Of a stretch of DNA of 64,000 nt, positions 48,935 through 61,012 are shown piece after piece. This DNA comes from Octopus bimaculoides (taxonomy: Eukaryota). A model generated the notes under the pieces. The model was not told where the DNA came from. It did no database searches and saw only the letters and a program-made list of their open reading frames with translations. The number at the start of each line of letters is the position of its first letter. Position 1 is the first letter of the stretch. A program made the position numbers and the translations under genes. The DNA lies in NCBI RefSeq assembly GCF_001194135.2, contig NC_068981.1, positions 20,878,042-20,942,041 of the forward strand, given 5' to 3'.

Positions 48935-51300
48935 TTCCACTTACATTGAGACAAGGAAAAACATGAGTACGGCATTCTGAGGTGGAAGGGCTTGGTGTCT
49001 CTCAACACCCATGTTGGACACAATACAGGAAATAAGAGGAGGCAGAGAAAACACTGAGACAGAATGCAGCACATCTGTTGACCAAAAGCTTGAGTGGTCA
49101 GTGAGTGACTTTACACCAACCAGTTGAGTAGCTTTCCCTGTATGGGAAACAGCAACATTGTCCCTGATGTTAGAGCAATACTCCATTGTGGGCCTCACCT
49201 AAGCTTTGCAGAATGCCAGTAATTTTTGGGAACTGAAGTATTTTTTGGCCCCCAAAAGAATCAGTCCTTGAGATGCAGTTCCAGTTATGTTAACAACATG
49301 ATTTTGCCATAGGAGATTCTTGGTGATACTGAAGTCTAAAATTTGGAGTGATCACGAGGGTTCTAGTTTCTCTTTAGGGTGAGATGCAATAATGTTTTCT
49401 TGATCTAAAAAGTAGTTTTGTTATTTTTTGCTATTGAAAGAGACAAGATCATATATCCCCACTGGAGGATACAGTCCAGGTCATTGTTCATGGAGTCAGT
49501 GCAGATTTGATGTATGGTGTCTAAGGTGCATGAAGATGATATTTGGTTAGGGAAGAATGACATGTAGTACCTTCTGCAAAGAGTGGACATTATTGGACAT
49601 GACAGAAAGAGCTCTTTCGACACACCATGATAGTACAATCTAATGAGATTCACAAGCCAAACACTGTTGATTTCTTTACTTCACCATTGCTAATGCTGAG
49701 GATAACAACACTGCATTCACCAAATTTCTCTAGGATGAGACTCCATTAGTGAGTGATATAGGAGAGGTCTCCAGTAGTTGGATCAAGTTATATGCAAGCT
49801 GGAATTGAGAACACTATTGTATATGGTTGTCTCCATTACATATGTGATAATGAAAGTGAATGTGATAGGGTCAGAGTGGTGCTCTTCTTGAGAATGGGAT
49901 GCATGCAAACTGTAGTGTGTTTCTAAAGATCTAGTTATACCTCTGTTACGAGGGAGAGTATGCAGAGTTAGGTTTGCTCCTATAAGGAGCAAACTTTCAG
50001 GTGCATTGTTTGATAGAAATGGAAAAGACATTGTCAGGGTAGATGGCCTTATTAGTTTGAAGTGACAGGAAGTATCTTTTTGAAGCTTGGAGATGGATGC
50101 AAAGCAGGTAGTTAAAGCAAAATCATTCTTGCAAATACTGCTCATAGAACTACCATGATTGAAAAGTAGAATTAAAAAAAGATTTTGTAAAATTGGTGGA
50201 TATCATTAAGGCATGAGACTAGAAGGATTGGTTATACTTTGAGTGGTGGGAGAGCTCAAGAGTGGTGTGATGCATGGATGTATCCTTGATGATTCAGAGA
50301 GTGGTCTTGCAAGAGTTATTGTGCTAAGTAAATGCCATTTAGTTTTTTACTGAAGGATGAGTTTCTCTAGTCATTACTACACTGTTGTGTTTCTTGAACA
50401 GTTGCAATGCTGCTATGAGTGAACTAATCAGAGGACGCAGGGTGTCAGTTTTTGTTGTGGAGGGACATTCCTAAGAGAATAGTTTCAGTCACACACCAGT
50501 TTCTGATGCGGCAGGAGTGAAGCACATGTGTTGTTAGGGATAGTTAGAATAAATACAGAGGGGAGGGTTATGATATGGTAGAGGATAAATTTGGAAGCAA
50601 GAAAGAAGTTAAGGCTATCTGTAGTGTCTGTGTGTTGGTCAGGGAGCATGACGTAAAGGATGGAATAACTTGATGTAGAAAACTGAGGATTACAAAAGAA
50701 TCCATTTCTCCACTAGTAGCATTGATGTGGCATATGTGAGAACCAAGAAGAATTGTAGTATTGAAATTACTGAAGATGATGACTTTGGAGAGGTAGTGAA
50801 GTGAAATGATGTGGCATAAAATGCAGGAGTAGACGTATTAGGAGTAGTGAAGGAAAGAAAGTTTAAGCCAGAGTAACTGGAAGTTGTCATCGCTGATATT
50901 TAAGTGAGAAAGATGAGTGACAGTGGAGTGGAAGTGGAGTCAACGTGTATGCAGATACGATCTTTTGGTGTGAAGTTTAAACAAAAAGTGTAGCTTGCAC
51001 AGCTGAGATGTTGTCTGTAGGTAAGGGTTGAGAAATTTGTGCCTTGGCAAGAGGCAGCATGTTTTTCAGAAGTGATGAGAGGATCTGGGTTGGAACAAAG
51101 TCCATGAATGCTGTTCAGCAGATTTAGTTCTGGGAAAGTGTAAAAGACAATGCTGTGTTGATAAGTCATGAGAACCTCCAGCTGGAAATCTGGTTTGAAT
51201 GCAAGCAACAGAAAAAATCCCACTAAACACATTTGTGGGCCAGGTAGTGTTAAACAGAGTGGCGTGACATGTTTTAACATGCCTATCACCCAGAAAAAAA
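48935..51300 (-). mobile_element. Degenerate LINE (endonuclease plus RT remnants, CR1/Jockey-type) in the last NCOA5 intron
   Basis: Fragments RPTMEYCSNI, NNDLDCILQWG and an EN-like VIIFSNFN near 50760. Many stops; boundaries approximate. Confidence 0.7.
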
Positions 51301-51468
51301 GATGGATGCCCTATGCTATTTATAACAAGACTAAGAAGAATGGTGGCCAAAACAAGAGGCAAGCAAGATGTCTGTAGCCCCAATGTTTTTTTACAACAGT
51401 ATTCATTTATTCATTCAGATGGCAGTTTGTAGATTGTGTTTTAAGGGCAGCACTAGCAGAAAGAGAGA

Positions 51469-51508
<40 letters not shown>

Positions 51509-52143
51509 AGAAAGGAACAGGCAGAGACAAAGAGAGAAATAGATCTTGTTAGCTGCCAGTAGTTGATACCACTTGTAAATAAGATCACAACTCTTCTAGA
51601 TCCATTAGATACTCAAAGGAGAAAAAAAAAATTAAGGATGCTGTTGTCTCATTTCTGCAGAGCTTATGAGCTTATTTACATTCATTTCCCCATTAATCTG
51701 GTATCTGTAAATAATAGAATGACACTGTTATCTGTAAAGATTTGGTTGGAAGTATATTTCATTTATTTTCTTTTTGTCTTTGGATTTAATCCTTGTCTGT
51801 ATATCCTGGTGAAATAGTCAAGATATTTTGCTAAGGTGTGGTTGTTCTGTTTCTATCTCAGAAAATATACTGGTTCAGTTGGATCAAGTATGAGACCTAT
51901 GTGACAGGGCGGTACTGACAATGAAATGAACAGTTAAAATTCCCCACAGATAGTAATTAGCGGAGTTTATGTAACGACCTCTCACACTCATTTTTGATGT
52001 GAGAATTCTAAGAAGGGAGTGGAGAAAGGAGGAAGAACAATATAAGATAGAAAAAGAATCAAAAGTATTTTTTAAAAATGCTTTGCATAATCTGGTGTGC
52101 CAAAAGATTATATTCCACAGAAAAAGAAAAAAACAGAACTGAC

Positions 52144-52413
52144 CTTCTGTGGCAGCAGATTGCATGTTCATCTCCATCATTTTCTTCTTTCGATTAGAGA
52201 CATACAGCAATACTTTATCCAATTCTTCAATTGAGAGATGGCGGCTATCAGCTAATAGATCTAACAAATATCTGATCTCAAATGAAGGTGGATCAAATAC
52301 TTGAGTTGGTGCAGGTTTTGAAGAATTGTTTTCCTCTTTCATTTGTTGGAGATAACGTTCAAAGTTGCGTGCCACAAGATTCATAGCATCAGCTAATGGC
52401 ATATTTCTATGCT
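52144..52413 (-). CDS. NCOA5: NCOA5 exon carrying the LxxLL nuclear-receptor box
   Basis: tttttcaatag acceptor, gtcagt donor, 270 nt, phase 1/1. Encodes EHRNMPLADAMNLVARNFERY...IRYLLDLLADSRHLSIEELDKVLLYV (recalled human EHRNMPQADAMVLVARNYERY; LINLLADNRYL). Confidence 0.95.
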
Positions 52414-52674
52414 CTATTGAAAAATAAGAAAATTTTATGAGTTAGAAACGGTCTTCATTTAAGCTTACAAATATTAGCTACAATAATTAACATTAGTGTA
52501 AAATATGAAATGTCACAGGCACAAAGAATTGTTCCTGTTTTAATTACAATAGAAATGGAAAATATTAGCATAAAGGGCTAAAACTGAATTTTCTCACAGC
52601 AGAAAGAACGATTTATGTGAAAATTAAATATGCAATCTTTATCTGGACAAGGTGACTTATCAATACCAGTAAAA

Positions 52675-52710
<36 letters not shown>

Positions 52711-52803
52711 NNNNNNNNNNNNNNNNNNNNNNNNNNNNNNNNNNNNNNNNNNNNNNNNNNNNNNNNNNNNNNNNNNNNNNNNNNNNNNNNNNNNNNNNNN
52801 NNN

Positions 52804-52837
<34 letters not shown>

Positions 52838-53042
52838 TATTTACACTCTATTGAATTTTAGCCCTCTCCATCCATCATAAAAATATCCTATCAAAAGCAC
52901 ACAGCTTAAAATTGGAAGTAAGACTATATTTATTGTTCCATCTAACATGAGTTGAATAGTTTTGTAAATTTAAATGACTCACCGGAACAAAGAAATGTGA
53001 AGTCACTACGCAAAATACGAACGGTTTTTAAAACTAACTTAC

Positions 53043-53242
53043 CTTGAGGAGTACCTGGAAATATATGCAAGGTTAATGAATTATAAACTTCGTTTTGTGG
53101 ACATATGATAATGACATATAACACTCCTTGTCGAGCTTTTTCTTCCACAAAATTCATTTGAGGAGAATCATCAGGAATTACACAGATCTCAGCACTCATG
53201 TTGAAATTTTCCAATCTTCTTTTTAAATGATCAGCATAGTCT
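53043..53242 (-). CDS. NCOA5: NCOA5 exon, anticodon-binding-like domain
   Basis: ttctgttgtag acceptor, gtaagt donor, 200 nt, phase 2/1. Encodes DYADHLKRRL...LTLHIFPGTPQ, which joins the next exon to give the conserved GTPQEHRNMP. Confidence 0.95.
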
Positions 53243-54248
53243 CTACAACAGAAATGCAATGGTTTAAGTTAAGGAAATTTTTATGAGGTTCCTAACTAGC
53301 TATATATTATTACTCCAATTATATTATCAATATAGTTATCAACAGAATTATCTAAAACTTAATATGAAATAACTGAATATAATAATATCCAGCATCTCAA
53401 TTTTTACTTTTCTGAATATAATGTAATTCTTGGTTTTACTGACAGACACAATATAACCTAGTGGTTAAGAAGTTCACTTCACAATCACAAGGTCTCAGGT
53501 TCAATCCTACTGCATGGCATAATGGGAAAGCTTCTTTTCCCACAGCATTGGGTTGACGAAAGCCTTCTTAGTGGAATTGCACTGAAGCCTGTCATATGTA
53601 TATACCCGAGGTCTGTCCTGAGACCCTGAACTCATAAGGATAGAGCTTAACCTGGTTCCCATTGCATATAAATCAGTGAGATTACAACATTCTTCCTGCC
53701 TGAATGGCATGCTGATCTATCACAACAGGATTAACTTCCCAGCTATTGTTGGAACTCCTTTTACAGCTGAGTGGATTGGAGCAATGTGAAATGGGAGTGT
53801 TTTGCTCAAGAACACAATGTACTACCCAGCGTGGGAACTGAAACCACGAGGTCACGTGCCTTTACCATGTAGACAGCATCTGTAGTTTAAAGACCCAGCC
53901 TTTCACATTAATCCCATCTAAGAACAGCCAACTCAACTAATTCAAAAGAAACATTCAAACAATGCAGTTGAATGCTGAAGTTAACTCCTCCTACTTCCTA
54001 AACTTTCCATTAGCAGTTTGCATCACAGAGGACAAACTGAAAGTTTAAGATATTTCTTTAATATTTACATTGGTAAAACTTTAAGATCTGGGTTTAGTAA
54101 TTCTATTTACCTCACACATAATGAACATACAGTAGACTCTACGCACTTGTAAAACAAAAAATCCACACAGATAAGCAGGTATGTATGTACTCATGAACAT
54201 ACACACATATACAGGTGATTAAGCAAAAATTCAAGTGCAAAAATTTAC

Positions 54249-54383
54249 CTCAGCTGTGGACTTGTAATCAATAAAGAGGCATCAAATGCTGGTCTTTGTG
54301 GTGGAGCATTATTGGAATAAGGAGGATTGTCATTGAAAGGAGGACGGGTCCAGTTATTAGCTTCCCTGTCAAAAGAATCAGGT
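54249..54383 (-). CDS. NCOA5: NCOA5 exon (Pro/Asn-rich, start of the anticodon-binding-like domain)
   Basis: ttttttacag acceptor, gtaaat donor, 135 nt, phase 2/2. Encodes PDSFDREANNWTRPPF...PAFDASLLITSPQL. Confidence 0.88.
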
Positions 54384-55498
54384 CTGTAAAAAAACAATTA
54401 ACACAAAAACAAATTTTTAACCAATAGATCCACAAGGAAAATTTATAGTGATATCCTCCTGTATTTCATGACCAAAGATGGTCAATAATTCACCTCATTT
54501 TAAAGTAAAAATCTTGTGAAGATCTATAGTACATAAATGATGAGCAGATTTACTTAATCCAGCTTTGTTACCACACTAGCTTAAAATAATCATTGTTTAA
54601 ATGGATGTGGTATTTACATGAAAATAATTAGCAATCAGCAGTAAAATGTCTTAAATATTAGCATAAGGATGGGGAGTTTGAAAGTTACAATGATCTTCTC
54701 TTAAGAAGAAAAAAAAAAAAAAAAAAAAATCTATGGCTTTTCGAAAGCATTTTTGAAAATATTCTATAGTAATAAAGGCTTATAATATCTTTTTCTACTT
54801 TAGGCACAAAGCCTGAAATTTTGGGGGAGGGGGCCTAGTCAATTAGATCGACCCAGTACGCAACTGGTACTTAATTTATCGACCCTGAAAGGATGAAAGG
54901 CAAAGTCGACCTCGACAGAAATTGAACTCAGAATGTGAAGATAGATGAAATACCGCTAAGCATTTCGTCCTGCATGCTAACGTTTCTGCCAGCTTGTCGC
55001 CTTCAGAGACTTATAATATCACAAGATCATCATCATCGTTTAACGTCCGCTTTCCATGCTAGCATGGGTTGGACGATTTGACTGAGGACTGGTGAACCAG
55101 ATGGCTACACCAGGTTCCAATCTGATTTGGGAGAGTTTCTACAGTTGGATGCCCTTCCTAAAGCCAACCACTCCGAGAGTTTAGTGGGTGCTTATTGATT
55201 TTATTACCAAAGCAGAATGAAATATGATAAAATTGTATTTACATTTGAAGCAAAGTTAAAATTAACTACCTTTGTTTCAATTAAATTTTATAACAAGGAA
55301 TTTAGTAAAATTACAGTCATTATTAAAGTGCTGTTTGGAACATCACATGAAATTTTAATGAAAGGTTTTAATTTCATCACCTTTAAACAGGAAATGTATA
55401 TCACAGAACTAAGGACAGTCTCGAGTGGGTTAATATCAAATGGTTAAATGTTGATATTTAGATCAAAACTAAACATTTATAAAAAAACAATGTCTAAC

Positions 55499-55648
55499 CT
55501 CGAACGATTATCTCGAAATTCATCATAATATTGATTTCCCATTGGTCCTTGTTGTGGTGGCTGTTGTTGCTGCTGTGCTGGTGGTTGTTGTAAACGCTGG
55601 TTAATGTTTGGTGGGCCATTCCATTTATTAGAATTATCAAAGAACTCC
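55499..55648 (-). CDS. NCOA5: NCOA5 exon (Gln/Pro-rich)
   Basis: tttattgcag acceptor, gttaga donor, 150 nt, phase 2/2. Encodes EFFDNSNKWNGPPNINQRLQQPPAQQQQQPPQQGPMGNQYYDEFRDNRS. Confidence 0.88.
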
Positions 55649-57270
55649 CTGCAATAAAGTAAATGAAATATCCCTTATTTCAAAAAGTGAATTAAATTAG
55701 AAAATAAACTTAAAACTCATTAAAAAAGACTGGGAAATAAATCAGGTAGAAAAACCTTCTTGAGCAAACCAACTTAAACTTTTTGTTACAATATTCTACC
55801 GAAATACATTGCCTTTGTTTCCATTAATTTTGAAAATAACAACGAAATTAGTAAAATAAGTGTCATTATTAAGCTGGTTTCTGGAACTTGAACTGATGGA
55901 AGATTTTAATTTAGATCACTTTAAAACAAGAAATTTGTATTCTAGAACCAGGGGCTGTCTCAGGCAGGCTTGTATCAAAAGGGTTAAATCAAAATATTGC
56001 AACATGTTGTTATTGCATTAGTGATAACATGCTTTCAATAAATAAACAGTTGCTCTCATCTTTACAGAGTAAATTTGTATTCCTGGCATATTTTGGTTAC
56101 AATATTCTACTGTTTAAAACAAGTTACCTAACCTGCAGATCTAGTAATCCAGAATTTGAATAATTTTTTTCAAATGCATTAAATAAAAAAAGGGGGGGAA
56201 ATGTAATAAACCTAATACAGAGTGGACTTTGAACGAAGTGTTGCAATTTTTGATAGTGTAAATAAGTCAGTCAGCAGAAGTGAAAGGAAATGAAAGCTTA
56301 AAATATCTCTCTTCCTAAATTTTATGAAAGAATTAGGTCTGATCAGTCATGCTTATGGCTCAAAACCATTGACTGTTTATTCCAATTCAAGTGTTGGAAA
56401 TATGGGGGAACTAACAACTATGTAAAACGAAATAACAAAACAACAAGAAGATAAAATAAACAAAATTCAAGCATTTTTGCCATGAGTATCATAGATATTT
56501 AGGAAGTAATGTAAATAATTTTAAGCCAATTTAATATATTCTATATAAGTTACAGCTGTTTTTAGTTAGAAACACAATAATGAAATAATGGTTGTGCCGT
56601 GAGCCCTCTCTCCATCTATCATAGCAACAGAAATAATTCTACTTCAACTTGTTCCAGTAATAGTTGTACCTTGTATGGACATCTATATCATTTTTATCAA
56701 ATCCTTCTATAGACAATCATAGAGTGATACTCATGGAAATAGAGCTTTTATGGTCACCTGAAATTCCACTCTATTCACTTAACCTCCTACTGGACAACCC
56801 TTATAGCTCAATTGATCTTTCTAGAATGCAAGACTCACTATGGTATGATTAGAATCTACAATGAAGTCTGACTGCTATAAGTTAACAGAGCTAACTTATA
56901 CTAAAAGTTGGTACTGAGAGTAAACAAATGATAAAAGTAATTTTTTAGTCAACATGTAGAAATGAGTTGGCCAAATTGAGGTAGAATTTAGATGTTAGAT
57001 TGATTTTGGGAAACTTATTTCTGGTTGCATATTAGTGTATCGATGTTCATTAAGAGAAACAATGAAGAGATTGTTTTAGTGTAAGGAATATTTACTTTGG
57101 CTGAGTGCTGCAGTTCCTGTTGAATAACACTGACAGTAATTTCTACACCAATCATCTGAAGGTCACTAGAAACCCAAGGAAACCATAAACTGAGATTCAA
57201 AAGCTTTGTTTTTCACTAAAATTTGAAGGGAGGAGCAACAGTTTGTGTTATGTTGTAAAGAAAGGAAATA

Positions 57271-58445
57271 TGAGGTAGTATCAAGAAGTACCTGGACTAG
57301 TTATGCTTAATAAAAAATAACTTATTTACCTAAGTTTTAACATCATCTTCTTTGAAATAGTCATCTTGTGCAGCAATACACTGGTCCCTATGTTCCTACC
57401 ACTTTTGGAATCCAGCCAGGAAGTTGTTTTCCACAACTACACTGATTTGCTCTGGATCTCAACAAGTGTCAAAATGGTGACCACTGAGCTGCCTTTTCAT
57501 CTTGGAGAAGAGATAGAAGTCTGTAGGTGCTAAATTTGGTGAATAGAGCAGGTATAGAACTAATACCATGTTGTTTAGGGTGCATTGTCGTGAAGAATCC
57601 AATCCTTTGAGCTCCACAGATCTGGTCGCTTTCGCAGAATGTCCTCCCTTAGACACTTCAAAATGTTGCAGTAGAACTCCCAATTGACAGTCTGGCCCTA
57701 GGGGATGAATTCTCAATGCACAATAATGTGGATGTCAAAAAAAATGATAAGCATGCTGTGGCTGTGTCGTACCTTCTTCAGTCATGAAGATGAAATGCTC
57801 TTCCTTTGTGACAACTGCTGCTTTATCTCAAGGTCATCAGTGGCATGCAGATGGAAATTTTGACAAACTTTGATGCGATGTTCTTTCTGCTCAGTGGTCA
57901 GAAGGTGGGGGACAATTTTGGCAGACATGCTGCATGTTCAATTCGAATGTTAGGATTGCTTGCACGAAACTATACAACATACCAACAACACCAGCAATGT
58001 CATTGATTGTCCTTTGATGAATCTTATGCACAAATTGATGAATTTTCTCCACGTTTCCGGAGGTGATGCTCATGGCAGATCTTCCAGATCACTCTTCTAC
58101 TTTTGAAGCACCCATACCACATGAAACATTGCATACAACCCATTGCCTTGTCATCGTAAGTTTGCCAAAGCATGCTCAATGTCCCTGTAGCAGACTTCCC
58201 AAGTTTAATGTAAAATTTCAAATTAGTACTTTGTGCCAACTTTCTGTCCATGACAAAATCACAGACTACAGCATACATGTGATCACAAAAATACAAATTT
58301 CACAATTTGCAAAGTAAATACAGCAACGCCACTCGGCACACTGCTTCATGAAGGTCACTGCTAGCTCTCACTGCGCACACAACCATGTGCTGCCATCTGT
58401 TGGGGCACTACAGAACTAGTTCAGGAACTTTTTGATACCACCTCC
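57271..58445 (-). mobile_element. Near full-length degenerate mariner with TIRs and TA duplication, in an NCOA5 intron
   Basis: Left end TA-tgaggtagtatcaagaagtacctggactagt; right end actagttcaggaactttttgataccacctcc-TA. Remnant YSPNLAPTDFYLFSKMK (YSPDLAP motif) and HTH region. Confidence 0.92.
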
Positions 58446-58952
58446 TATCAAATGTTTCATAAAGAGATCTTCATCCAACAATAAAAGAAAATATTCTACA
58501 AAATAAGTAAAGTAGGATAGGGTCAAGGAAAGAGAAAAGAACTTGACCAGCTACAAACCTGAAATAGAATCCATTGACTTAATTTAGAAGACAAAGAAAA
58601 CAGTAAAAGGAATCCAAAATCTTAGTGGCCACATCAGGCCTGACTGACAAAATAAGCTCTATCACTACTATTTCATTGTTTCAAGATATCTAATTGTACA
58701 AAATTACATAATAATAATGTAATAAATACACACACTATTGTATTATATATAATGGATGAAAAGATTGAGCATCAGAGAATCACCTTCTATGAACTTCAAA
58801 AACATAGATGGTGCTAGTTTAACTTACAAATCTATCAATACTATATCTCTGGCTAAACATTGACAGTTCGAACATGACATACACAGAGAAAGACACATGA
58901 GAATGGAAAGAACTTCAAAAGAATAAATATAAAAAAATACAAAACAAATTAC

Positions 58953-59078
58953 CTGTTCTCCATTTCAGCTCCATTCTTGCCTAAAGGTCCAGCTCTGTTG
59001 AATGGTTCGCGAAGAGGAGATCGATCCCGATTAGGCATGCCTGGATTTCCCCAAGGCTCTTTATCTCGCATATTAAAC
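58953..59078 (-). CDS. NCOA5: NCOA5 exon (RDRSP motif)
   Basis: tttttaaag acceptor, gtaatt donor, 126 nt, phase 2/2. Encodes FNMRDKEPWGNPGMPNRDRSPLREPFNRAGPLGKNGAEMEN. Confidence 0.88.
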
Positions 59079-59646
59079 CTTTAAAAATATTAAAAATGAA
59101 AGAAATTAAAACATAGAAGTAAAAAGCAAATAAAGAAAGAAGGCAATTTAGAAATTCCTCAAATTACTTGTATCAGATATGGTTACCAACCAATAGGCAG
59201 CCCTGTTAGAGAAGAAATAGCCAAATATGGGTGTGTGGTTAAGAGTTTGATACCATGGCAGAGTACCTTGATCAAATGCTTTCTATGAGAGAGAGAGAAA
59301 GATTAACATACTCCTTTGTGATTTTTGTTCTACACTGTGTTACACATACTCTCTTGTCCTTGCATTCAGAAATGAAATAGTGATTGGTTTATTGGAAATC
59401 TATACAGCCAACTCAAGTGTTCCTCAGTTGTGAAAAAAAAAGTGCTCACTGAACAAATTCCTTTGTGATATTTGTTTCACACTAGAAGCTGGTTCATTGG
59501 AAACCTACAGTCAACATAATCATTCACCAATTGTGATATAAATTAAAAGTAGGATCAGAAAATAACTGAATTTTATCTACATAACATTCATAATTTGGTA
59601 TTACTTTAAAACCAAAATCAAAGTAGAATTAAAACCAGAAACCTAC

Positions 59647-59701
59647 CTTTCATTTCTACCACTTGAATCAGAAGATTGACTTTCAACAGCCAGATTTACA
59701 T
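59647..59701 (-). CDS. NCOA5: NCOA5 small exon (last RRM strand plus linker)
   Basis: aatttctcag acceptor, gtaggt donor, 55 nt, phase 1/2. Encodes VNLAVESQSSDSSGRNE and bridges the phases of the flanking exons exactly. Confidence 0.85.
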
Positions 59702-60904
59702 CTGAGAAATTAAACAATAAAATACATTAACTCATAAAACCCATTACAGTGTTAATTTAAATAAACTACAATCAAGTTTTCTTAACATATGTTGGTTTGG
59801 TTAGTGATCCTGTTAGAAATCTTACAATCAGAGCTGGCAATTGTGTTAATTTCTAATTTAGTTTATTGTTAAATGTAGTGGATAGGACAACCAATGTTGT
59901 CAACTGCTGCTATGGTAAAGAAAAACATTAAAAAAGGATCTTGAGCAAATGGATCAAAATATTATGGTGGTAGAATGCAAGAAGATTTCCTTTAAAACCA
60001 AGCAAGGAGACAGCCACTTGAGATGAATGGGTAACAAAAGCTGTTCAAGCTATGTCTAAGTATTACAATTAAGGTCTTCTGTGCTAGTATGACAAAATAA
60101 AATCAATGGAAGAAAAAAGAAAAAAACACCTAAATGTAAATTAGCTATCATAAAAAAAATCATTCTTGTTATTTTATCACTTAGTAACATCCAGTATAAA
60201 TTGGATAGGTTTTGCAATATAATATATTTATATATGTCATCTTATGTATGAATCCTAATGTTTTCTATTTAGAATCAAGTGAATTGGTTATATGCTTTTC
60301 TCTTTTGTAGAAGAATTTGGAAAAGAATTCATTTTAAGTTCTTCCTATTATTGTAAATTTTATCATTATATGTCATCTTATAGAAAAATTATCAAAAATA
60401 AATGTATTTTCTGGATTTAGCTTCCAATTATTTCTTCCTACAATGGATTAGATTACAAATGGTATTTAATAATGGGGATAATTACGATGAATTACACTTA
60501 TGAAATATTATCCAAATTTGACTGTTTACCAATTTGTAAGTGATATGAAACCATTCTGAGTAGAGCCAAACTCTGTTCAGTTGAGTAACACTGATGCAAG
60601 TATGGTCATATAATAAGGATTTTACTTCCTTTGAGATTTTCAAATGACTGTTAGTAATGCACTTCATATCCTGGAATTATTATCTACTAAGCATTTTTTC
60701 CCCTTGACTATTAGTGACTTGTATTGAGTAAACACTCAAGTTTCTAGAAATGACAGGAACAGTAAACAAAAAAATGAAATAAAATGATAATTATTTTGAA
60801 AATGCTGACATAGTTTTTAAGAGAAAGATCAGTGACATGGTTTCTGACTGCTTAGCCTAACAGTAGTGTTTTGTAAAGAAATATATAGAAACATTCATTC
60901 TTAC

Positions 60905-61012
60905 TTATTATCTGTCCTTTTATCATACAGAACATCTCCGCAGATATTGCTGCCTTTGCATCCTCTTCTTTCTCAAACTGAATGAAGGCACAGTTATGAT
61001 AACTTTCAATTG
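60905..61012 (-). CDS. NCOA5: NCOA5 exon encoding the C-terminal half of an RRM
   Basis: tttattgcag acceptor, gtaaga donor, 108 nt, phase 1/1. Encodes IESYHNCAFIQFEKEEDAKAAISAEMFCMIKGQII (RNP1-like AFIQF plus EEDAKAAI helix). Confidence 0.88.
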
